The notes under the pieces: model-generated
What the model saw: the letters and a program-made list of their open reading frames with translations, nothing else
Databases searched by the model: none
Told to the model about the DNA's origin: nothing
Part shown: positions 39,201 to 50,300 of the stretch, one piece after another
Layout of the letters: the number at the start of each line of letters is the position of its first letter
Position numbering within the stretch: position 1 is the stretch's first letter
NCBI GenBank assembly: GCA_964234715.1
Contig: OZ174275.1
DNA length: 64,000 nucleotides
Source of the DNA: Podarcis melisellensis
Taxonomy: Eukaryota
Reading direction: 5' to 3' (one strand)
Position numbers and translations under genes: made by a program

Positions 39201-40413
39201 AACTCTTCAAAGGTCAGGTTCATGTGCTTTTCCATATATCAGCCAGAAAACACAGGCAGTAAAACTTAGCTTGGTTATAGTGGTGAAAGTATAAATTATT
39301 GGTATAGGAATAGAAGAATGGCTTGGAGCAAACAGCTCATATCACGTTCCATGCTGAGCTTCTCAGGTAGACTGAAGGGGAACAACAGGTTTGATTACCT
39401 TCCTCTCAAGGTGGGGGGGGGGAGGGGAGAATTGATCTAGCTAAGCCTGGCAGGACAGCTCACTCTATGGTATTAACCCCTTCATGTGCTAATTAGACTG
39501 GAGCATGTTGGTTCTAAGAGGCTGGTTATCCCACAAGATCTACCACTTGATTCCAATCTACCTTTTGTCCACCCATTTATACAGCACATTTGCACACACA
39601 TGTGTTTTTAAGCATCTTTGTAACTCACAATGAACATTAGGCATGGGCAAGTGAGATAATGTGATTTTCCAAGCCACATACACAAAGCCTGTTACAAGGG
39701 TAGGGCCCAGCTCTCTCTCAACTGCTCTAACTCTCCAGTCACATACATTACACCTACTTTGGGGGCTCCTCCCCAAGTAATGTCAAGCATGCATATGCTC
39801 TGCAAAGCCATTTGCTCACACAAACATATAATTACAGACTATATACATCTATTGAGTCACACACATGTTGCCAGATACACTTGTCTCAACCTGTACAGGA
39901 ACAAAGAAAGTAGGTCCTGAAGCTATTTCTGCTTTAACCTATCATGAGTTTAGATCTAAACACTAAACAGGACCTTAGGAAACAAAGGCCAAGCAATCCT
40001 TACATTTCAACGGAACCGTAAGTCAACAAAAATAGCACAAACTGAGCATTACCAACCCAAAAAGTGAAAGCTCTTTTTCGGGGGGGGGGGCAGAGGCTGC
40101 CTGCACATTTAGTCTGTGTTATATTTGTTTTTGGCAAGGGTGTCAATTTTTGTCTGGTTTTCTTTTTGAGGGAAAGCATCACCATTTTTTCCTCTCTTTA
40201 ATGGGTATTTTGTGATGCCAACAGCAATTTCTTCAATTTCAAATGTGTTTCTGTGCCCAAAAAGGTTTCACGTTGTGTGTGAACCTGACCAAAGGCTTAA
40301 AACTATGGTTGAAGGAGAAATAAGGTTGCCATATTTCAAAAAAAAATTAGACACAAAAGTTGTTGAGCTATTTTGGAATACATTAGGCATATCTTGCAAT
40401 AAATATTTCTACT

Positions 40414-40529
40414 TAGGGTTGCCATACATCCAGATTTTCCCGGACATTTTGCCAATTTCCACCCGGACACTGCTTCCAACTGCAGTATTCCAGGTATGTC
40501 CAGGAAATTCCAGACATATGGCAACCCTA
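40414..40529. mobile_element. Short hAT-type MITE (TAGGGTTGCCA TIRs)
   Basis: tagggttgccata ... tatggcaacccta, with subterminal ccggac-like repeats. Confidence 0.7.
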
Positions 40530-43500
40530 AGTAGAAATATTTATTGCAAGATATGCCTAATGCATTCCAGTATATAGCTTTATTGGAGGGTGTTTTTTAA
40601 AAAGATAGCAGGACAAGTAAGTCAACAGAATGTTAAACAAAATATTTCTTCATCTATTCATCATATTCTTAACTTACCTTACCTTATAGGCAGCTCTAGC
40701 ATAATTTAACCCTTTAAAACAATTTCAAAAACATCAAACCCCAACAAAAATGGTTAAAACAAACTAACTAATTTAATCATTCTCTGTACAGCACCCATGA
40801 TCTCAAAAAAACATAGTAACAAGCCACAATAATAAATAACAATTCTAAAAAAATGTGTTTACCCTGGTCTCTGGACTTCTTTTGAATAGTAACATTTAAA
40901 AATCCTTAATAAAAATGTTAGGTAACTGTTAGTCAAGTCTTGAAACATGCTTAAGGTCATATATTTATGATGAGCACTCTGCAAATTCTGTATGACTAAG
41001 AAAGTGTCTACATCAGATAACAACAGACAAAAATAACTGTTTGCAAAGACAATAGACATGTGGTTCTAAAACCCTTCAGTATCTCCACAGAGTTAAAAAC
41101 AAAGCTGATAGCAGCTCTACTCATGGACTAATATGCAGGGATGTTTAAAAATAAGCCTGCACACTTACCAACAAACAAAAGCCACAAACCACTCTTCCTT
41201 GCTCTCAAATGCAAGACTAACTCATGCAAACATTATTAGGGCTTGCCTTTTAACCCATGTCGGCTTTGTAAACTATTTGAATGAGCCAACAGGGAGGTGG
41301 AGGAAAAGGTCATGGAAATCTGCCCTCAATCAGAAGATCATTTCCCTCCCACCCAAAAAAAGTAAGACTTGCCCACAGTTCTCCCTCACTTAGACTTTAC
41401 TGTCCCTGTTTTCTACAGAGATTTCTTGAGAGATCCATAGAAAGCAAACAGTTGCTAAAGACTCCTGGTTGTTATAATCTTTATCCCACAATTAATCTGT
41501 TCATCTTTAAGATGCTGTTGGACTTTTTGGTTGGTTTTTTAAAACTCTGCCAAGCTGCACCTGATGACATTAGGAAGTTTGCCTGAACAAGGTCTGCATG
41601 ACTTGCTCTATGAAGAGCAAATATGTTCTCTGCAGGTTTAAGACCAAATATTTGGGGAAAGACTGCTGCCATTGACAGGCACAAACCTGAACCCATCTAA
41701 ATTAATTCCTCTATTATCAAGACACTTGTGGGAAAGAAAGGAACCTCAGACACAAGCCACCTGATTCTTATATGGCTTCCAATGCCTAAAATGCATGGTT
41801 CCTAGAGAGCTTAACTGAGTATTAAACAGTTTGGAAAGCAAACACACACACAAGCCCGACCAATTTTATACCAGCTTGGGAGAAATACACACTGAGCAAG
41901 GAGGAACTTTTCACATTTGTTATCCCTATATTGCAATAGGAGGCATTCATGTGTACACACTAAACCTTTAAAATGCATTTTCCCCCTCAAAGAATTCTGG
42001 GCTGTAAAGTTTACACCTCATGGAGTTACCATTCCCAGCAACCTATTAACAAACTACAGTGCCCAGAATTCTTTGAGACAGAAAATCTGCTTCAAATGTG
42101 CTTTAAAGGTATAGTGTGTCTGTAGTTGGAGTAAAATTACAGGGCTTTGGTTGAAAGAAATTGCCAGGGAATCATTTCCCAGGTATTCTATAAACCAGCA
42201 CTAAAGGCAGTCATCACAGCGCTGCCATTGCCATGATGCTACATAACTGATGGCCGTCACAGCATTGCCAGGAATAGGATCCAATTTGTCAGGGCTAGTC
42301 CTCAGCGTTGACCAGCTTAGTGTAAAGCCAAAAGGTGTCAAGAGTAACATTTGAAAAGAAAGCAGGGTTATATTTCATTTTCAGTATATTTTCTGGGTCT
42401 GAGTGGCCCAAAGGAATAGGAGTGTTAACAACAATACGCCAAAATGGGTATTGCCAAAGCTGTGTGGTGTTTTATATCACAAAATATCAAAAAGCCTCCA
42501 TAAATCTTAGTTGGTACTGACGTGTTCCAGTTGAGGTTCATAGTTAACCTCTCCCCACCCCACCCCCCAAAAAAGATATTGTGTTATCACATCAAAACTT
42601 ACAATGTTTTGTGCCACAGAACCCAGGTTTAGTGCCACTTCCCACAAAAATGCCAACTAAGAGATGACAGCACAAAACCTGACACTTGTGGCACAAAACT
42701 ACACAATACCTTTGTCTTCTGAAGCAATACTAGATGGGGGGGGGTGGAACTAATAACCCTTAAAGAAATGACTGTTAAGGAAGCACGGGTGCTGATGGAA
42801 ACAATGGCACAAGGAATATCAATTTCTGGAAACCACTGGGAGTGTGCTCATGCGCTTAGGTTCTGCTTTGAGCTTCCCAGAGGCAACTGAGTGGCTACTG
42901 TTAGAACTGGATACTGGAGCAGTTGTGCAGGCTCAAAAATCTCTTCCTTCACCCTACAGACTGGCTCTTCCTTCACCCTACAGACTGATGGAAGGTTTGC
43001 TGCATTAATAACATTGCTGAAGGAGTATAATGAGCATGGTAGGAGTTAACAAGCTAAATGTGTTAAATGTGTAGCCCAGTGAGTTCAGGGGGCAAAGCGT
43101 GGGGCATGTGGGCATATTTGTAATGCGATTTCTTTTCTGGGTCACTGAGATGGTCTAGGGCTAGGCTGAGGCCTAGTTCTGAGAATTTGGATCCTGTTCT
43201 TTGGGAGTGCTGTGGTTGCCACCAATTGTCTTCTAGAAATATAGGAAGCGTCCTTATACCAAGACAGGCCATTGGCTCCTCTGGCTCAGCACTGGAAACT
43301 GGCAGCTGCTCTCCAGGATTTAATGGAGGGCTCCTTCTGTATGCTCTACCACTGAGCTATGGCTCTGGTCTCAGCTGCACAGATATGGCCCTGGGTCTTC
43401 CAGTTGCTGATCTCTATTTTAAACCCACAGCTAAGGGAAAATGCATTTGGTCAGTAGAAAGGATTTTATTTCGCAATCTGCAGAGTTTAAGGAGAATTAT

Positions 43501-43553
43501 CTCTGGCCTCAACCAAGCATATTTTAGAGAACTGTTTAGCTAATGACAAAGCC

Positions 43554-43554
43554 T

Positions 43555-43625
<71 letters not shown>
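43554..43625. repeat. Compound (GT)n(GA)n microsatellite
   Basis: Visible directly in the sequence. Confidence 0.97.
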
Positions 43626-43628
<3 letters not shown>

Positions 43629-44344
43629 CCTCTGTGTATTCAATAATATCATCTTACAGAGAGTGCTATAGAATCCTCAAGAGAGACAGTTGGCTCCGTT
43701 GTGTTTATATTGGGAAGTCAGCCTCCAAGACAGCTCTCTGAGGGGGTGATTGATGGAAACACCACTGCATAGAACATCATCATCTTAAATAAAGCTCCTT
43801 TCATTCTAAAAGTATTTTGCACCATTGATTTACAGGAGCCACTTCAACAGTTATTGAGATGAGAAGAACAATAAAAAAGGACTAGCGTCTTTCAGTGAAG
43901 TGTCAAGAGTGAGGCTCAGGAACACAACCCTTTTCAATCTGGCCTAACTTTGCTAAACCCAGCCTCACTCCAGGCACTTTCACAAGGAAAGCTAATTTCT
44001 TGCAACTGAAGCCCTAATGCAGGACTACTGTGTGTTGCTGCTGGGTAGGGAGGAAAGAAAATATCAGACCACTGATTTTAGGAAGAGAGTTAAAAACAAG
44101 CTGAAATAACCTGCTGTGCATTCTGATGCAAAATGACTGTGAAAGTCAGGATATAAATTTGCATGAATTGGTAATTTCTCCCCTTCCCTCAAGTCTAATT
44201 GCCTTGGGATGGAGTGAGGAGATTTTCTGTAGTGAGGGAAAGAGAGGTGAGAGGAAGAGGGGAGGGGGAGAAAGAAGAGGAGGGCCTCTTGCTCTGGCCC
44301 TGCCCACTTTGAGCTACAGCCCCACCTACCCCTTGCCCCAGGTG

Positions 44345-44482
44345 CAGCGGTTCTTAACCTGTGGGTCACCAGATGTTGTTGGACTACAGCTCCCATCATC
44401 CCTGAGCTCTGGCCTTGCTAGCTAGGGGTGATGGGAGTTATAGTTCAACAACATCTGGGAACCCACAGGTTGAGAAAGGCTG
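44345..44482. mobile_element. Palindromic hAT/Charlie-like MITE (best-preserved copy of a dispersed family)
   Basis: Reads ccagatgttgttggactacagctcccatcatccct...ggggtgatgggagttatagttcaacaacatctgg. Related copies at about 15580, 15870, 27495, 31770, 34300, 47435, 52480, 59700, 60620 and 63200. Confidence 0.8.
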
Positions 44483-44531
44483 CCCCAGGGAATGAAGACT
44501 TCAACTTTTCCCTAGAAGCAAAGTACCGGTA

Positions 44532-44724
44532 AATTCTGTGACAAAATAAAGAGCACTAATGATTATGCACTTAAAACAGACAGAAGGGACTTGTGGACAA
44601 CTTCTGATCTCCTTGTGTGATGTCTCTTCTAAAATAGTCAGCTTGAGAGCAGAAGTTGTCCACAAATCCCTCCTGTCTGTTTTAAGTGCATAATCATTAG
44701 TGCCCTTTATTTTGTCAAAGAATT
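44532..44724. repeat. Long inverted repeat with 80-bp arms and a 33-nt spacer
   Basis: 44532-44611 versus the reverse complement of 44645-44724: 75/80 identical with no gaps. Confidence 0.95.
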
Positions 44725-45398
44725 GGCTGCTTAAGAGGAAAACTGAGGAAGTGAGTCACACAACTTAGGCCTGAGCAAAAGATTAGTCTATAAATACTTC
44801 TTGAAGATACTGACAAATGGAAGGAAACAGATGATAAAGGGAGGAGATTCACTGATAAACGGACACCTAAGAAAAATGCACACTGATGAAGAGAAATCTT
44901 GGGCATAAGAAAATTGATGGTGGATGAGTAAAGAGGCAAGAGTTCTAGAAATAAGATAGTGACTCATAACCAAAACAGGGAGACATGTAATTATTGCTTA
45001 ATACACAGGATTCTGATTGTGTGATTAGGAATGTATTGACAGGGATGGAGATTTCCTTGCTAGAGTTTATGAGGACATAGCTTTCATATTCCCATCTCTT
45101 TAGAATTGAGGTGGCTGGTGACCATGAACAGGGCCTTCTTACTTTTCACATCCCACCTTTGGAATTCACTTCCCAAAGAAACAGAGTTAGCACGTCTCCA
45201 CTCTCATTTATATGGCAAGCATATTCAAAACATTTCTCTTGGGCATTTTCCTAAAGATTGCTGCCTCTAAATTGCTTCCTTTCTCTGATGTAGTCTTGGT
45301 GTGTTTGGCTCTATTGGCTTTTTTAAATGCATTTTTTAAAAAAATAAGTCAACTTTTTAACATGATTTGATAGTTTTACATGAGCCACCTTAGTAATT

Positions 45399-45738
45399 TA
45401 ATAATAATAATAATTTATTATTTATACCCCACCCATCTGGCCTTGTTTCCAAAGCCACTCTGGGCAGATTCCAAAAGAAGATTAAAAATACATTACAACA
45501 TCAGTCATTAAAAACTTCCCTAAACAGGGCTGCCTTCAGATGTCTTCTAAACGTCAGGTAGTTGTTTATTTCCTTGACATCTGATGGGAGGGTATTCCAC
45601 AGGGTGGGCGCCACTACCGAGAAGGCCCTGTGCCTGGTACCCTGTAACTTCGCTTCTCACAGTGAGGGAACCGCCAGAAGGCTCTCAGCGCTGGACCTCA
45701 GTGTCTGGGTTGAACAATGGGGGTGGAGACACTCCTTG
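45399..45738 (-). mobile_element. L2-clade LINE 3' end with (ATT)n tail
   Basis: Reads aataataat...ccactctgggc...aaaaacttccctaaacagggctgccttcag...gggagggtattccacagg...gagaaggccct. Confidence 0.85.
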
Positions 45739-45760
45739 ACATCAAATGATGGAAAGGCAA

Positions 45761-45909
45761 CATAGGTGCCAACTATAGGAGGCCCAGGAGGCCTGGGGGC
45801 TCTGATGCAACTTCCGGTACAAACCGGAAGTCGCGTTGGGAGGTCTTGCAAGGACTCGGGCATGATCTCCGAGGCCCCACAAGGCCTGGGCCCCAAGTTG
45901 GCGCCCGTG
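45761..45909. mobile_element. Short hAT-like MITE
   Basis: TIRs cataggtgccaact / agttggcgcccgtg. The interior has inverted cttccgg / ccggaag motifs. Confidence 0.55.
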
Positions 45910-46880
45910 AAAGTCCATATATAAATATATTAAATACATGTAGCAGAACCTGCTGGAAATGAGCTGCCTGAGTCCACCAATTTATGCTGGCAGAGATGGG
46001 AGCCCTTGCTTTTTAACAAGAGGAACATTTAGCACACACCAAGAGCAGGAATACACATTATCAACAGCTGTGAAACCAATGATTTACCATAATCTGAATG
46101 GACCAGAAATGGATGCAAATGTAATTCCAGGATGTGCCATTAACCTGCAGCAGAGCCAGGGACCACTTTTTCAGCCACATTTCTGTTCCTTCCTTACAGC
46201 AAGCCGTGGACAGATTTACACAAGTTTCCCTGCCTTCCATTTTGAAATCCAAGCACATTTGTCACTATTAATAAATAGGAAGCCTCATCCCTATCCTTTC
46301 CAGTGGAAGGGAAGGGGACTGCTCAGAGACAGAGTGGGGGGTGCAGTATATTGCATTGTCCAACACCAGGGCTGTGATTCCATGCACACTTACTTTGGAG
46401 TAAACACTACTAAAATGAGTGGGATAAAGATGCAGCAGTGCCAGTGAGAGGATGGTTCTCAGTCAAGCTCCCCTCCCCGCTCTGTTGCTACAACAGCCCC
46501 AACCACCAGCTAAACCAGATCCTGAAATTAATCCTCCAGGGAACCAAAATTAACAGTGCTTGTTGCTAAAAACACAAGTGCTTCCCTCTTCCTATACTCT
46601 CCACCTTCCCAGCGCTACGTAGTTTTGAGAGGACCCAGCAAAATTGTTGCTCAGCTGCTTTGAAGAGCCCTCTGTATACACCAGAGGGAAATCAATGGGC
46701 AGCCCATCAACGAAAAGACAAGGGCGGTTTAAAAAGGCAGTTTATTGGCAAGCCGGACGCCAATGCTGGAGGGAAGGCACAGCAGCACCTGAACTCTGCA
46801 ACAAAACTGGGGAAAGCACCTTTCTCTGAATGTGGAAATGTCAGCCCAGTTCCAGTTCCCATGGCAAATCCTCTACACAC

Positions 46881-47404
46881 CAGTGGTTTTCAAACTTTTT
46901 GAGTCCACGGCTCCCTTGACCAACTACTTTCTTTCTGCGACACCCCTGTGAGGCTCAGGAGCCCAGTTATGTCACCCCTTGTCTGCAGAGCTGGCAGCCT
47001 CTCACCCTTTTTTGAACACCCTCCCTCATGGAATATACTCTCAGCCTCCTCTCCTGTCTCCTTGGGTGTCCTTGGGCAGCCACTGCTCCCCCGTGCTCCA
47101 AAGAGATGTGCCTCCTCATGCTGCCCCACAGGGACCTGGGCAGAGGATGCCCCCAGCCTCAGTGGCCCAACAGAGACGGGCCAAAGGTGAACATAAGGCC
47201 AGCATCTTACCTTGGGAGGCAGCAGTGGCAGCAGCAGGGCTGGTGCAACAAACAGCTGTGCAAGCCTTTAGAAGGCAGAAACTCAAGAGGGCGTCAAAAG
47301 AGGGAGGGAAAGAAAGAAGGACAGAGGCCAGTGTTGACTGTGGCACCCCTGACCATCGTTCAAGACGCCCCAGGGTGCCACGGCACACTGGTTGAAAAAC
47401 ACTG
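46881..47404. mobile_element. hAT-type non-autonomous element
   Basis: TIRs cagtggttttcaa / ttgaaaaacactg. The motif ctctacac occurs on both flanks. Confidence 0.75.
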
Positions 47405-49435
47405 CTCTACACTACAGAATGGCTGGCTTATCCGTCGCCCTCAGGATGTTGCTGAACTATATCGCCTCTGACCACTGGGCCATGCTGGTCGGGTTTGATA
47501 GGAATGTCAACCCAGCAATATCTGGAGGACGACAGATTAGCCACCTCTGCTCCACCCCAAAGGTAGTGGACGCACTCCCATAAAGGGATCGGTACACAGT
47601 TTACCGCACTGTTAAAATGCTTATACACAGTGCCTACCAAAGTGAATGTAGCTAAATGGCTTCTTTTCTTTTCTTTTCTTTCTTGTTTTAAGCAGCAGGA
47701 TTCTAAATAATTTCACATAAAAGAAGCACTTGCGTTGCTCCCTTTGTATTCAGCTGACGTCTATCTATTGAACACAAAAGCAGTGCAGTGACTGAACAGA
47801 CACTATACATTGGATGCACAGAGGTTTCATAGCAGGAACTACTGCAGGCAGCTAGAGCTTGTCCATATCATCACTTTTTGTCCACAAAAGAAGCATACAG
47901 CTGTTTCTTTTTTACTTGTGCAGGATCCTGCCCTCATTTTCCCAGTAATTTGAAGCAGAATACCTTATATGTTTAAAATGCCACACTTTGTGGACAGACC
48001 ATGTCCATCATCATACTGAATGCAATTGCACAAGTCATAGGTGCCTACTGGACATGGTCTTCTGCAACACAAATGGGGGATAAGTGACACAACTATCCCT
48101 CTCTCAAGCCTCTGCCACCTTAAAAAATGCCTTCGAGACTGAGAAAGAACATGGCCATCTTTCTCTTCCTCCACTTCCCAGCTACCCCCATGTCTCTGAA
48201 ATGGGACAGGTGAACTGTATTTGAACCGAAACACAGGGGAATTTATTTCACAAAGACGAAAATAAGACTGCTCTGAGATCTACTGGGTCTCATAAGAGGA
48301 ATAAGGATCTTTGCTCTCCACTGAGAATGAATGTACAATCAAATACAACTAGCTGTATTTGGGAGTAACCAGCTGCATCAAATGTTAGACATACTCAAAG
48401 CAGGCACACTGAAATTAATGGGTTTAAGTTAAGAACCCACTGAAATTAAAGGCAATAATGGAGTGTGACAAATATTGGATACAACCTAATTCTTTTTTTA
48501 CTTCCAATAATATACTTTCAATAAATGTCTTAAGTTTTACCAAAGCAGACTCATTTAAATTATAAAATCATAACATGTTTCAATATACAACCAAACATGA
48601 TGAACACTATCTTCCATTTTCTTCCAGAAATCACCAGAGGACATAATGCGTAAGACTGATATCCGACACCCAGCACCTCTAACCATCAATGTGGTCAGTT
48701 CCATAAATTGTGCTTGGGTTCTGCAAGGTGATGTATAATCATATACACTGATGTTGACTCTCCCTCAGAATCAAAGAAACAGGCTGAAAAAGGTAAATTG
48801 ACTGCTTATTATGCATAACAATCCCTTTCCTATATGTCTTTATAGTGTCAAAAAGGTAAAGCTATAGTTATTGGTCACAGGCGGAATAATTTACCCTGGT
48901 TTCTGTTACTAAGTTGAAACGAGAATCAATTCCTTTCCTATTTTTTGAAAAGACAAAACATTGAGGCAACACAATGCTGCTGCATTCCAGGGTAAAGTTT
49001 CCTGCTTGGCATGTAGGTTTAAATGCAAGGACTCTTAACAGCCACCACTGCAAGTGGGGAAATACGTGGGGAATGATTTCTACCTTCCCTACCCAGTTTA
49101 TTCCTGGATGAACAGAACTTGTAAGAATATGGATTTTCCTTGCAATGTCTTTGAACCGGACCCTGCTCCACCCTGGTCCTGTTTACTCCCACACCATGCT
49201 GAGCTAAGCCAAGGTTTGGCTTAACACAGGGGTGGGGAACTTCTCTCAGTCCAAGGCCTGCATTCCATTCTGGACAACCTTCCAAGTAGTAGTAGTAGTA
49301 GTAATACCAGTGGCAGGCAGTGAGACCGGAGGCAAAAGCAGGCAGAGCACTTAGTGTAAAATTTATCTTTGCAGAGTAGGCCAATTTTGATACACACAAC
49401 CCACTCTGTCCTCCATCCAGCAAGAAAATACATTA

Positions 49436-49677
49436 CAGTGGTACCTTGGTTCTCGAACTTAATCCATTCCAGGAGTCCGTTAGACACGTGAAACCGTTCG
49501 CAAACCAAGGCGCGGCTTCCGATCGGCTGCAGGAGCTTCCTGCACTCAGGCAGAAGCCGTGTCAGACGTTTGGCTTCCGAAAAACGCTCGCAAACTGGAA
49601 CACTTACTTCTGGGTTTGCAGTGTTCGGAAGCCAATTTGTTTGGGAACCAAGCCATTCGAGTTCCAAGGTACCACTC
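49436..49677. mobile_element. Tc1/mariner (Tigger-like) MITE
   Basis: TIRs cagtggtaccttgg / ccaaggtaccactc with TA flanks. Same terminal class as the element at 5982-6207. Confidence 0.85.
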
Positions 49678-50267
49678 TATCAGAATTCAAGGTCATATTT
49701 TAAAAGATGTTTTTCTAGCCCTGGCAGGAGGGAGGGAAGGTAAGTGGGTGTTGGTGGAAAAGAAGCAGGAACAAGTAGCCAAGAGACGGTTTGCTACATG
49801 TTGACTGAGGGGATGGGCTTGGGGTCTTGGAGTAGGCCATAGGCTTAAGGTTTATATTACCACTGGGAACTGTGGACCTTTTTTCCAGCATGCAATGTTG
49901 AACTGTCTCTGCTACACTGGCTTCTCTTTAGCCATCTATGTGGCTAGTAGCAAAGTCCAGCCTGCCCCGCAGGAGTGGCTCCTCTCAAACTGGAATTAAT
50001 ACTGGCTTTGTTTTCATTGCAGGAGGCCCATATGCTATTTTAGGGCAACTTCCAGCACTCTCTGTGGGAGCTGTACTCAGCAGTCCTAGGGCAGCATGTT
50101 TCCTTTAGGAACAAAAGGAAATAATGTTCCTGGGTCAGAGGACATGGTTTTTGAGAGGATGGGCGGAGGGGGGAAGCACATTTCATGGAACAAGGCTGGT
50201 TTAAGCTGCGAAGTGTTGTGGAACAGATTGCATGGGATAGCAAATTCCAGAGGGAATCCAACTTCCC

Positions 50268-50269
50268 TT

Positions 50270-50297
<28 letters not shown>
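50268..50297. repeat. (AC)n microsatellite
   Basis: Visible directly in the sequence. Confidence 0.95.

Positions 50298-50300
<3 letters not shown>

Noticed and set aside
42941-42987. 24-bp tandem duplication (others at about 24309, 24800 and 62401)
   Set aside because: Ordinary two-copy slippage duplications, not an array or CRISPR-like structure.
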